Position numbers and translations under genes: made by a program. The notes under the pieces are model-generated. The model worked only from the letters and a program-made list of their open reading frames with translations, was not told where the DNA came from and made no database searches. From Candidatus Saccharimonadota bacterium (GTDB lineage Bacteria > Pseudomonadota > Alphaproteobacteria > CAJXXZ01 > 1604HC), in assembly GCF_008189405.1 (NCBI RefSeq), contig NZ_CP043316.1, positions 570,001 through 602,000 of the forward strand: a stretch of DNA of 32,000 nt, written 5' to 3'. Of this stretch, positions 1 through 8,733 are shown one piece after another (position 1 is the first letter of the stretch; each line of letters starts with the position of its first letter).

Positions 1-1
1 T

Positions 2-490
2 GTTAATGCACTAGAGGATATGTTAAATGCAATTATTAGGAGTAAGCTTTATTATAAAGTTGGAAATGGAGGAGGAGACCGAAAATTCCAAGCATATTAT
101 CCCGGGGAGGAGCGTAGAGGTGACGTTGAGTTTTTCAAGAAGGATTATGCTGACTGGTATGCAAAATCTGATGGAGACAAGGCTGTTACAGCATTAAGAA
201 AAGAAGAAGCTGCTAAGCTTGCGAAGGAACGTGATCATGAGGATTATATCGTACACTTGTTTGACAGAGCAGAGGAATTGCTGAATGGATACGAAGGTGA
301 TAAGGACATGATGGGAGAGATCTTTGGAAACTTCTTGTTCTTAAGATGGGCAGAATACAAGGAGAATGCTAGAGGGCGAGACTTCATGAACAGTGCAAAG
401 GATGCATTAGAGGGCATGTTAAAACTGGAATCTTCAGACATTGAAAAACTAAATGCAATCTCAAACGAAAAAATCAAATCCCTGCAATAA
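2..490 (+). CDS. C-terminal module of an unrecognised multi-copy protein family (copy 1). Probably the 3' end of a longer gene that starts upstream of the window.
   Basis: The ORF track gives 20..490, but the frame stays open back to nt 2 (VNALED precedes the first Met). The 156 aa are identical to ORF 11992..12462(-). They are near-identical to the last ~140 aa of ORF 17156..18754. The residues around the first Met (EDMLNAIIRSKLYYKVGNGGG) align with an internal stretch of the 532-aa paralogue (KEVLQEVINRSRKEKVWGEVGNRGGG). Confidence 0.6.
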   Translation, partial: VNALEDMLNAIIRSKLYYKVGNGGGDRKFQAYYPGEERRGDVEFFKKDYADWYAKSDGDKAVTALRKEEAAKLAKERDHEDYIVHLFDRAEELLNGYEGDKDMMGEIFGNFLFLRWAEYKENARGRDFMNSAKDALEGMLKLESSDIEKLNAISNEKIKSLQ

Positions 491-537
491 TATGTCTGTA
501 TTAATCCATAAACTTAACAAACCTATATAAGATTAAG
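19..537 (+). repeat. Repeat copy 1 of the family's C-terminal module plus ~40 nt of 3' flank. Inverted partner at 11945..12463; direct partner at ~18323..18763.
   Basis: Direct comparison. Identity to the reverse complement of 11945..12463 starts at nt 19 (tATGttaaatgc) and runs through the stop codon and tgtctgtattaatccataaacttaacaaacctatataa. I saw only a few single-base differences. Confidence 0.9.
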
Positions 538-1240
538 GAATTAATATATTTGATTTCCTACTTAAAGCTCATTTATGGAAGTTAAATATAGTAGTTTTCA
601 GATTATTTATTTTCAGAGCATATGCAAGTATTATCATGAAATTATATAAAACAAGAAAATATTATTATGCATTCCCTAAGCTGTTAAGATGAAGTTGCTT
701 TATAATGGAGTGAAAATCATAGCTCTCGTGAAATAAATACTTATCTTATGGAATGAGTTAGTTACATTAGGCAAAACTCAGTCTATAATCTTTTAATGTA
801 CCGAGTCCTTTCTCAGCAAATCACTAAAAAATATAAGTTTACTGTAGAAATATTGTGCACGGCTGATACTGCCACATCATTCTAATATGGTGAATTATAT
901 ATATTAGAAAAGATAAAGAAAATTCTAAGTTAAATTAAAAAAACATTCAAAATCATCTGAATATTATTTGCTATAATTATAAAATCAATAAGCGAAAATC
1001 ATGCATAAGCAAACTTCTAATAAAAACATTAATTGAAAGGGGAATTATAAAAGTTTTGAAGCATTATGCTTTGAGTTATAAATATATGGTTTGTATGATT
1101 TAACAAATATGCAAATGAAGAAAATCAAAACATATCATAGCATGGAAGAAATCAGCCATAGGATAACAAACAAAATCACATAATAACTTACAAATGCAAA
1201 AATCTAATCTACTAGCTATTTAGATAAATTGGATTTTAGA

Positions 1241-1951
1241 TTATTTTGTTGTTTCATTATCAGATTGCTTTGACTCTGATTTATCTGATTTTGGTTTATC
1301 TTCAGATTGAGCATCGTTTTGTTCAATGCTTTTTCTTGAAACAATTATGTTCCATTTTCTTTCCATTCTAATAATGAAGAAAGGAAGTTTTTTATTTCTC
1401 ATGGTTTGCAATATATTGGAAGACTTTCCACCTATTGATCTAAATTCAATTTGACTTGAAGGAAGAAATGCTTTCACACCCCACGGAAGTAAAGCAACTA
1501 TAAACCCACCACGTACTTTTTCTATAATAGTTCCTTCAACCAATTTTTTGCTTTGAAAAATATCTTCTAATTCTTTCCAAGATCTAATATGGTTAACTTT
1601 AGAAAAACTAACTACTAAAGATCCATTAGAATCTTCGTGTTTTTCGATCCAAACTGAAATCAAATCTCCAAGATTAGGAACCTCTCCAAATCCATTAATT
1701 TTGAATTCGTTTATATCTATTTTACCTTCGGCTTTAATGCCAATATTAACCCATACATAATCTTTAGTAATGCTACTTACTGTAGCTTGAACTATGCTTT
1801 TTTCTCTGGGCATAGAAGATAACTTAGTCAGTTCTGACATTGCACTTACGTGTTCTGATTTAACCTCTACTATTTGATCGTATTTTGTTTGCTTTGGTTT
1901 TAAACTATGCATGTCAACATTATATTCCAACACTTTGTTATAATCAAGCAT
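1241..1951 (-). CDS. S1 RNA-binding domain protein. Resembles the first two S1 domains of ribosomal protein S1, with an acidic/Ser-rich tail.
   Basis: VQATVSSITKDYVWVNIGIKAEGKIDINEF and VEGTIIEKVRGGFIVALLPWGVKAFLPSSQIE...IIVSRKSIE match the G-x-V / KSEG / AFLP-S / VSRR pattern of RpsA domains 1-2. At 236 aa it is far shorter than a ~560-aa six-domain S1. Confidence 0.6.
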   Translation of the reverse strand: MLDYNKVLEYNVDMHSLKPKQTKYDQIVEVKSEHVSAMSELTKLSSMPREKSIVQATVSSITKDYVWVNIGIKAEGKIDINEFKINGFGEVPNLGDLISVWIEKHEDSNGSLVVSFSKVNHIRSWKELEDIFQSKKLVEGTIIEKVRGGFIVALLPWGVKAFLPSSQIEFRSIGGKSSNILQTMRNKKLPFFIIRMERKWNIIVSRKSIEQNDAQSEDKPKSDKSESKQSDNETTK

Positions 1952-2010
1952 ATTAGTAGATATTGCTAAAAATGCACATATAATATATAGATTAGAGGTA
2001 AAGGAGTTTT

Positions 2011-3528
2011 ATGAATCAAAATATAAAAGCTAATATGTTGAGCAATTTGCTTGGCAAAATAGTTAGCTTGTTCTTTCCTATTAAGAAAACAGAAATTAAG
2101 AAATACCTTCCTACAGCTATGATGATGTTTATCATTTTATTTAACTATAACGTTGTAAGAACTTTGAAAGATGCTTTGATCATTGCAGACAGAATATCTG
2201 GAGCGGAGGCTGTGAACTTTTTGAAAACATTTGTTGTATTGCCTGCTTCTATTATTTTTGTGCTTTTGTATAGCAAAATAAGCAATATGTTTAGTAAAAC
2301 CAATGTGTTTTATGTATGTATCGCGCCATTTATTGTATTTAATATTGTATTTACTTATATTTTATACCCTAATGTGGGTTCATTACACCCATCTGCTGAG
2401 AGTATTCAAGCTTTGAAGCTTGCTTATCCTAAGCTAAGATCAGTATTTCCTGCGTATGGATTATGGACTTATTCTTTGTACTACACATTCTCAGAATTAT
2501 GGGGAACAGTTGGTATGACATTATTGTTTTGGCAGTTTGCAAACAGAATTGTGAAGAGTGAAGAATCCAAGAGATTTTACCCATCATTTGGTTTGGTTGG
2601 TAATATCGGATTCACAATCGCATCATTTATGGTTATGAATGTTGTTTCTTCACCATCATCATTTGCGCAGAATTTTACGTATATTATGAATGTTGTAATC
2701 ATTTTAAGTCTTGTATTAGTCGCAATATATTGGGGTATCAACAAATATGTACTTACAGATGAAGATATTGATTGCAATATAAATAAACCTAAAAAGAAGA
2801 AAGTAAAGCCTTCATTAGTTGAAAGTTTTAAAATTATATTTTCATCTAAATACTTGGGATGTATCATGCTTTTGATTTTTTCTTATAACTCTATGATTAA
2901 TTTAGTAGAAGTTACTTGGAAGAGCCAGGTAAAAGCTTATACATTTTCAAATGATGCAGAAGCTGCAAGATCAGGTTATACAGCATTAATTGCTAAAACA
3001 AATGCATATACCGGATCAGTTTCTATATTATTATTTGCAACAGCAAACTTTTTGTTGAGTAGATTTAAGTGGGCTGTATCTGCTTCTATTACTCCAATAA
3101 TCATGGTTTCTACATCCATATTGTTTTTCTTGTTCACAGTATTTCCTAAATTTGCTGGACCATTAACAAGTATGTTGTCAGTAACACCATTGTTCTTGGC
3201 AGTTATTATGGGTGCAATCCAAAATGTTGCAAGTAAAAGTACTAAGTACTCTTTATTTGACCCTACAAAAGAAATGACATATATTCCTTTGGATTCTGAA
3301 TTGAAAAGTAAAGGTAAGGCTGCAGTAGACATTGCTGGAAGCAGGATCTCTAAATCATTTGGTGGATTAGTACAGTTATTCTTACTATTCGTTACTGGAG
3401 GAAGTCAGTTAGATATTGCTCCTTATCTAATGATCTTTATTGTTACAATTGGAGTGATTTGGTTTGTAGCTATTAAGCTATTATCAAAACAATATGATGA
3501 AGCTTTAAAATCCGATAAGTGTGAATAG
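2011..3528 (+). CDS. tlc: ATP/ADP (nucleotide) translocase, Tlc/NTT family
   Basis: 505-aa polytopic membrane protein. The N-terminus (FPIKKTEIKKYLPTAMMMFIILFNYNVVRTLKDALII), FWQFANRI, SKSTKYSLFDPTKEMTYIPLD and GKAAVD are characteristic of Rickettsia/Chlamydia-type nucleotide transporters. Good SD (aaggag) upstream. Confidence 0.9.
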   Translation: MNQNIKANMLSNLLGKIVSLFFPIKKTEIKKYLPTAMMMFIILFNYNVVRTLKDALIIADRISGAEAVNFLKTFVVLPASIIFVLLYSKISNMFSKTNVFYVCIAPFIVFNIVFTYILYPNVGSLHPSAESIQALKLAYPKLRSVFPAYGLWTYSLYYTFSELWGTVGMTLLFWQFANRIVKSEESKRFYPSFGLVGNIGFTIASFMVMNVVSSPSSFAQNFTYIMNVVIILSLVLVAIYWGINKYVLTDEDIDCNINKPKKKKVKPSLVESFKIIFSSKYLGCIMLLIFSYNSMINLVEVTWKSQVKAYTFSNDAEAARSGYTALIAKTNAYTGSVSILLFATANFLLSRFKWAVSASITPIIMVSTSILFFLFTVFPKFAGPLTSMLSVTPLFLAVIMGAIQNVASKSTKYSLFDPTKEMTYIPLDSELKSKGKAAVDIAGSRISKSFGGLVQLFLLFVTGGSQLDIAPYLMIFIVTIGVIWFVAIKLLSKQYDEALKSDKCE

Positions 3529-3696
3529 AAAATCTTTTCTTTTTAAATGCATTGAGTGCTTTAATTAGTATTTCATTATCATTGTTTTTTTATCTTTATC
3601 TTATTTATTTAATTTTAACTTTTAATTTTTAACCTGATAATGATTAATCATTATATTTCTATTACAATATGATTTTCTTTATGAAATAATAAAATT

Positions 3697-4677
3697 ATGT
3701 TTAATATCGCAATTATCGGGGCTACAGGTCTTATTGGTAGATCTATTATAGATGTATTACATGAGCGCGCATTTCCAATTAAGAATTTATACTTATTAAG
3801 TAGAGTAGAACAAGAAATTTCATTTAAAGATGAAGTATTAAAATGTACGAAGCTTGAGGACTTTGATTTTAAGTCTGTAGATATCATTTTTAATGCAACT
3901 GATAAAGATGTACTAATGAAATATATTGGCGAGATCACAGAATCTGGAGCATTTTTGATTGATAAATCTGAAGCACTTAGAATGGATAAAGATATTCCAC
4001 TTATTGTTCCAGAAGTTAATTCTGATCAATTAGATAGTTATATTACTAATAATAAAATTATTTCTTCTCCAAATTGTGTAGCTATTCCTATGTCCATTAT
4101 AATTAGAACATTGTCACATAAAACAGCAATTGAACAAATTTTCATGACCACATTTCAATCTGTATCTGGAGCAGGCAATAATGGGACTAAAGCATTATTA
4201 GATGAAACAAAGAAAAGTTTTATGGCATCAAGTGTGAATGCAACTAATTTCGAAAAAAGCATAGCATTTGATATTTTGCCTAAAATCGGAAGTTTTAATT
4301 CTGACTTTACGACTTCTGAAGAATTGAAAATAAAACAGGAAATGCAGAAGATATTAAATAATAAGTTAAATATCTGTGTAACATGCACTCGTGTGCCAGT
4401 ACTAAAGGGACATGGAGTTGATTTGCATATTCCTTGTAAGTTTAAGGATAGAAATGATGCAATTAAAGCACTAAAGAGCTCTGATGTGATTCACGTATGT
4501 GATAGAGATGATGCCTATATTACTCAGAAAGAATCCATAGGTGAGGATAAAATTTCTATAAGCAGAGTGAGATATATTGATGGAATTTTAAGTATGTGGA
4601 TTGCATATGATAATGTACGATTTGGTGGATCTGTAAATGGAGTGAAAATTGCTGAAGCAATTACAAAATCACTTTGA
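3697..4677 (+). CDS. asd: Aspartate-semialdehyde dehydrogenase
   Basis: N-terminal Rossmann motif IAIIGATGLIGR, active-site segment SSPNCVAIP, and TFQSVSGAG. Length 326 aa. Confidence 0.88.
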   Translation: MFNIAIIGATGLIGRSIIDVLHERAFPIKNLYLLSRVEQEISFKDEVLKCTKLEDFDFKSVDIIFNATDKDVLMKYIGEITESGAFLIDKSEALRMDKDIPLIVPEVNSDQLDSYITNNKIISSPNCVAIPMSIIIRTLSHKTAIEQIFMTTFQSVSGAGNNGTKALLDETKKSFMASSVNATNFEKSIAFDILPKIGSFNSDFTTSEELKIKQEMQKILNNKLNICVTCTRVPVLKGHGVDLHIPCKFKDRNDAIKALKSSDVIHVCDRDDAYITQKESIGEDKISISRVRYIDGILSMWIAYDNVRFGGSVNGVKIAEAITKSL

Positions 4678-4885
4678 TTGTAAAGAAAATAAAATAATAG
4701 CTGTACAGCATAGTAATAGCGCAATAATTGTAAAATATATTAACAATGAATAGTATAATCGAAATTAATAAGATAAAGTAAAGCTAATATAATTTAATCA
4801 TATAAGATGAAACAGAATAAAATATGTAGGGTAAAGTGCTTACACATTTACTAATAGAAAACTGCTATATGCTTTAATAGCGTAT

Positions 4886-5278
4886 CTATTTAGGTTCATA
4901 ATGTGTCCAATTAGAGAACATGCTATACGCTCTAATAATGTGTCCATCAGGATCTGAAACTGCAAAAGTACGACCATAACATTCATCAGTTGGTTTTTGC
5001 ACAACTTTCACATCAAGCTCATTTTGCCATTTATCAAAAAACACATCTACATCTTCTGTAGATTTCACGTGGATTCCAATTTCAGAAAACCTTACAATAG
5101 AAGTGTCTGGAGTTCTGGTTCCTTCACATATTGCAAATGATGAGTCTGCACCAGCTGCAAATTCTACATAACCAGGGTTAGCAAATACAGGTTTAGCATC
5201 AAACAGCTTTTCATAAAAAGCAGTTGAAGATTCCATATTAGATACATAAATAATTTGTAAATTTGGTCTAATTGTCAT
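4886..5278 (-). CDS. VOC (glyoxalase/bleomycin-resistance/dioxygenase) family protein
   Basis: 130 aa. Start pattern IIYVSNMESSTAFYEKLF and end pattern FAVSDPDGHIIR are typical of small VOC-fold proteins. Confidence 0.7.
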   Translation of the reverse strand: MTIRPNLQIIYVSNMESSTAFYEKLFDAKPVFANPGYVEFAAGADSSFAICEGTRTPDTSIVRFSEIGIHVKSTEDVDVFFDKWQNELDVKVVQKPTDECYGRTFAVSDPDGHIIRAYSMFSNWTHYEPK

Positions 5279-5425
5279 TAAATTTTTTCCTTTGAATTAG
5301 AAATAACACTAATTATACCTTTAAACAAGAGTGCTAAATGTGCAAATAATTGCTTTTCCTCATGGCAAAACATATTCCATTTTAACTAGATATGCATGAA
5401 TATTCATTATTATATATAGATGCAT

Positions 5426-6136
5426 TTAATTTAAAGATGTGATTTCGCTTAAGTTGTTGATAAAAGCTTGCATTGTAAATAATCCTGGGTTTTGATTTAC
5501 AAGCCATTCACATACTTTCAAAGCATCATTTGCATAAATTTTGCGATTAAATACTTGATGCTCAAATCGAATCATTTCTTGATTGTTTAAACCAAGGAAT
5601 TGATGCATAGACATATTATCTCCTGCTCTTAAAGACCATATTTGATCAGCTTGTATTTTATCATGAAGCTGCTTAGTAGTCCCAGATGGATTGTCTGCTT
5701 TGTTTTTATGGTGTACTTCTCCAATTGAAACTGCAAGATTTCTTATTTTATTAATTTTCTCAATAGAAGATTGAATAATACTCCATGAAATTGATGTGTT
5801 TGGAGCCCATAGAATTGGAATAATATTTTGATATGCTTTGTAATCAGATGCAGTATGACTGCCTGTAGTTCCAATAAGGATTGGTATATTGTATTGAACA
5901 GCTGATTTAATATTATTTAATGTGGATTGATGATTGGAGAAATCCAGAATCACATCAGCTCCTTTTTCAATATGATTTGATATCTTTGTATTATTTTGCG
6001 TTAGTGCAACCCCATGATACTGAGTATTTTCCCTAATAACCGCAGAGTGTATTATTATGTTTTGCATTTGAGCAATTTGGATAATAGCTTGACCCATTCT
6101 ACCATTTGCACCTACTATACATATTTTCATAATCAT
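5426..6136 (-). CDS. dapB: 4-hydroxy-tetrahydrodipicolinate reductase
   Basis: MKICIVGANGRMGQ (NAD(P) binding), ILDFSNHQ, IPILIGTTG, APNTSI and EVHHKNKADNPSGTT (E-x-HH-x-x-K-x-D-x-PSGT motif). The start may be the second ATG at 6130. Confidence 0.88.
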   Translation of the reverse strand: MIMKICIVGANGRMGQAIIQIAQMQNIIIHSAVIRENTQYHGVALTQNNTKISNHIEKGADVILDFSNHQSTLNNIKSAVQYNIPILIGTTGSHTASDYKAYQNIIPILWAPNTSISWSIIQSSIEKINKIRNLAVSIGEVHHKNKADNPSGTTKQLHDKIQADQIWSLRAGDNMSMHQFLGLNNQEMIRFEHQVFNRKIYANDALKVCEWLVNQNPGLFTMQAFINNLSEITSLN

Positions 6137-6158
6137 ATTTTAACATCGATCAGATTAT

Positions 6159-6965
6159 ATGCATATGAATTTACATTCAATGTTTTATTATTCAGCTGAT
6201 TCTGTTAAGTTTGATCTAATGATTACAGAATATATATTACATGGCATATTTGAAGCTTTTCCGGTTAGTTCTTCGATGCACTCAATGTTATTTAATTATG
6301 CAATGCAAAATAGCTATGTTATGCAAAATATTGGCATAATTGGGATATTACATGGCATCACAGCAATTGTGACAATTGTATATTTTCATAAAAGTATAAT
6401 TAAGTTATTAATAGATTTTATAAAACCAGGTCATTACAATTTTCTTTCTTGGAAACTATGTTTGATTCTACTACCTAAATTATTATTTGGATTTATTTAC
6501 AGAAATGCGAATTTCCCTTTTTCTTTTTATACAATAATTGCATTTGGACTGCTACTTGCCTTTTATGATATTTATTCCCATCAAAATAAAAAAGCTCATG
6601 AAATATCTTATATGCAGTCTATTTTTATTAGTTTTCTAAGTTTATTTGCATTCTTACCGGGAGCAAGTAGTTTAGGAACTTACTATACAGCTTTTAGAGC
6701 ATGCAACATTAATAGGAAGGAATCTCTTGATTATGCATTTATTTTGAATGTGATCCCATCTATAGGTGCATTTGTGTTAAGATTTACTTATGTTGAAGTA
6801 AATTTAGTACGAATTTTTACTTGCATGTTTGTATACTTATTTGCACTAATTCTTTGTAGAAAATTAATAAATTATTTATATTTGCTAGGTATTTATAGAG
6901 TGATTATAGGAATATGGGTATGTCAAAACATAAATATACAAAAATACTTTTACTGTGCTTTTTAA
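6159..6965 (+). CDS. uppP: Undecaprenyl-diphosphatase (BacA/UppP family), divergent
   Basis: GIFEAFPVSSSMH aligns with the E. coli EGLTEFLPVSSTGH motif. FLPGASSLG...DYAFILNVIPSIGA aligns with WPGFSRSG...EFSFLLAVPMMMGA. Polytopic membrane protein of 268 aa. The 3' end overlaps the next ORF by 52 nt. Confidence 0.72.
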   Translation: MHMNLHSMFYYSADSVKFDLMITEYILHGIFEAFPVSSSMHSMLFNYAMQNSYVMQNIGIIGILHGITAIVTIVYFHKSIIKLLIDFIKPGHYNFLSWKLCLILLPKLLFGFIYRNANFPFSFYTIIAFGLLLAFYDIYSHQNKKAHEISYMQSIFISFLSLFAFLPGASSLGTYYTAFRACNINRKESLDYAFILNVIPSIGAFVLRFTYVEVNLVRIFTCMFVYLFALILCRKLINYLYLLGIYRVIIGIWVCQNINIQKYFYCAF

Positions 6966-8626
6966 TTGTTGGATGTGATAAGAAATCTGATAAGAAAGAA
7001 ACAATTAATTCAAAGATAGCTTCTAGTATACAAAAAGAAGATTGGTATGCAGCCTCGAAGCTGCTTAATTTACATTTAAACATGAAAAGCTCTGCTTCAA
7101 TGCATCTAGCAAATGGTTTTATTTACGATAAACTTGCAAAGCAAGATCCATCCTATGCAGGATTATCAGTTATTGCATATAAAAGAGCATTGAATTTAGA
7201 TCCAAATAATTGGTCTGCTTCATTAGCAATCGGTAAATATTATATGAGAGAACATGATTACTTAAAGGCGATCAGCGCATTTGCAAAGACATTGACTTCT
7301 AATGAAAATAATTTCGAAGCATTATATGGAATGGCAAATGCTGCATATGCAACCAGAAACATTACATTAGCAAAAAATTGCATAGATAAAGCTATTGATT
7401 TACGTGGTGATAATAAATTAGTGAATAGGTTGGCTGCATTGATTTATGCTGCACAAAATAACTCTCGAGCAGATAAATATGCAAATAAATATGCATTTAT
7501 GGAAGATGACTTGTATGAAATTAAATATTTAAGAGACAGGATTCAAGACTGGAAGAAAACTCATAAAAAAATGAGATACAATCCTAATTTCATGAAATCT
7601 TTTGATAGCCCTGATACAAATCAGAAGGATGAAAATATTACAATTGAGTGTGTAATTCTAAGCTTTAATGAGTCAGGTGCATTTTCTCGTGGAAATAATT
7701 TCTTAGAAACTTTACAAGAATTTAAAAGAGATGAATTTACTAAAGGGTTAAGTATCAGAATGGGAAATAACTCACAAGTTGAAACTGGGTTAGCTTCTAG
7801 TCCTGTATATAGTAATAATCAAGATAAGAAATATATATTTGATAATGGGAAATGGATTTTAAGTCCAGATCTGAATGATCATAGTAAATTAATTAAGAAA
7901 GGTTTTTCAATTGGATTTGATAGCATTAGATATAATTTAAATATTCTGAACTCTAGCAGCTCTATAATTGATATAATTTCTAGGCCAATTATGCAGGTTT
8001 CATCAAAAAATGGTAAAGGTGCATTTGATTCTAATGATAAAAGTTTTGTAAATACTGGTGGAGATGTAGGTTCTGCATTATCAAATATTCCATCTGGAGT
8101 AAAGCTAGAAGTTGAAGCAAATCAGGTCGATAAGGACCATATTATGTTAGGTGTAATGTTGGAAATAAGCAAAACAACCTTCAAAAACAACATTGGATCT
8201 CTGAATGATAATGCTAATGTGATTAGTGCTCAATTACAAACACAAATCAAAGCTAAATTAAATGAAACAATGGTTATTGGTGGTGTATATAGTAATGTGA
8301 ATGAATCTTCTAAATCAGGAGTTCCTGGCGCACAAAATATGCCATTATTAGATTTAGTGCTTGCAAATAAAAGTACTCATACTTCTAAAAAGTCTGTAAT
8401 GATGCTATTAACTGCAAAAAACACACAAGAATCTAAAGTGATGGAAGTTGATATTGATCGCATGGAAAACGTTGTTCTATTAAAACAAAGTGAGCCATCA
8501 TTCTTTAAGCACAAATATAATAGAGAAAAAACTATAAAACAACAAGTACATGCATATAGAAGAGAGGATATAAAGTCGCTTAATATATCTAATAATACAA
8601 TACAATCATTTGCTGAAAGAATATAA
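6914..8626 (+). CDS. Lipoprotein with N-terminal TPR repeats fused to a C-terminal secretin domain (type II/III secretion / pilus secretin family)
   Basis: Lipobox LLLCFLIVGC. TPR-like helices: AYKRALNLDPNNWSASLAIGKYYMREHDYLKAISAFAKTL, ALYGMANAAYATRNITLAKNCIDKAIDL. Secretin-like C-terminus: ITIECVILSFNES, IISRPIMQVSS, GVKLEVEANQVDKDHIMLGVMLEIS, NETMVIGGVYSN..SKSGVPG...PLLDLVL, MMLLTAK. Confidence 0.7.
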   Translation: MGMSKHKYTKILLLCFLIVGCDKKSDKKETINSKIASSIQKEDWYAASKLLNLHLNMKSSASMHLANGFIYDKLAKQDPSYAGLSVIAYKRALNLDPNNWSASLAIGKYYMREHDYLKAISAFAKTLTSNENNFEALYGMANAAYATRNITLAKNCIDKAIDLRGDNKLVNRLAALIYAAQNNSRADKYANKYAFMEDDLYEIKYLRDRIQDWKKTHKKMRYNPNFMKSFDSPDTNQKDENITIECVILSFNESGAFSRGNNFLETLQEFKRDEFTKGLSIRMGNNSQVETGLASSPVYSNNQDKKYIFDNGKWILSPDLNDHSKLIKKGFSIGFDSIRYNLNILNSSSSIIDIISRPIMQVSSKNGKGAFDSNDKSFVNTGGDVGSALSNIPSGVKLEVEANQVDKDHIMLGVMLEISKTTFKNNIGSLNDNANVISAQLQTQIKAKLNETMVIGGVYSNVNESSKSGVPGAQNMPLLDLVLANKSTHTSKKSVMMLLTAKNTQESKVMEVDIDRMENVVLLKQSEPSFFKHKYNREKTIKQQVHAYRREDIKSLNISNNTIQSFAERI

Positions 8627-8733
8627 TAAATATGGTTAAATTATATGATATCTGTATAGTGAATTTAACTTAATTTTTGCTCAATAATACATTAAGGGCT
8701 TGATTAACCCAAAATTTATGGTAGATTAGTACC

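Noticed and set aside
116-124. An RGD tripeptide (EERRGDVEF) conserved in all three module copies, tempting as an integrin-binding motif for a host-associated bacterium.
   Set aside because: A three-residue motif arises by chance too often. It is conserved only because the whole module is conserved. There is no evidence that the module is surface-exposed to a metazoan host.
244-477. A 77-aa antisense ORF (MIFSFEIAFSFSMSEDSSF…) that recurs at 12005..12238 and 18508..18741, which looks like a conserved small gene in three copies.
   Set aside because: It lies entirely inside, and antisense to, the repeated C-terminal module. Its 'conservation' is an automatic by-product of the repeat. It has no SD and a composition typical of shadow ORFs.
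6914-6965. The 52-nt overlap between uppP and the secretin ORF, considered as a frameshifted fusion.
   Set aside because: The downstream ORF begins with its own complete lipoprotein signal peptide, so it is an independent gene. The overlap is more likely a slightly over-extended uppP tail or a genuine overlap.
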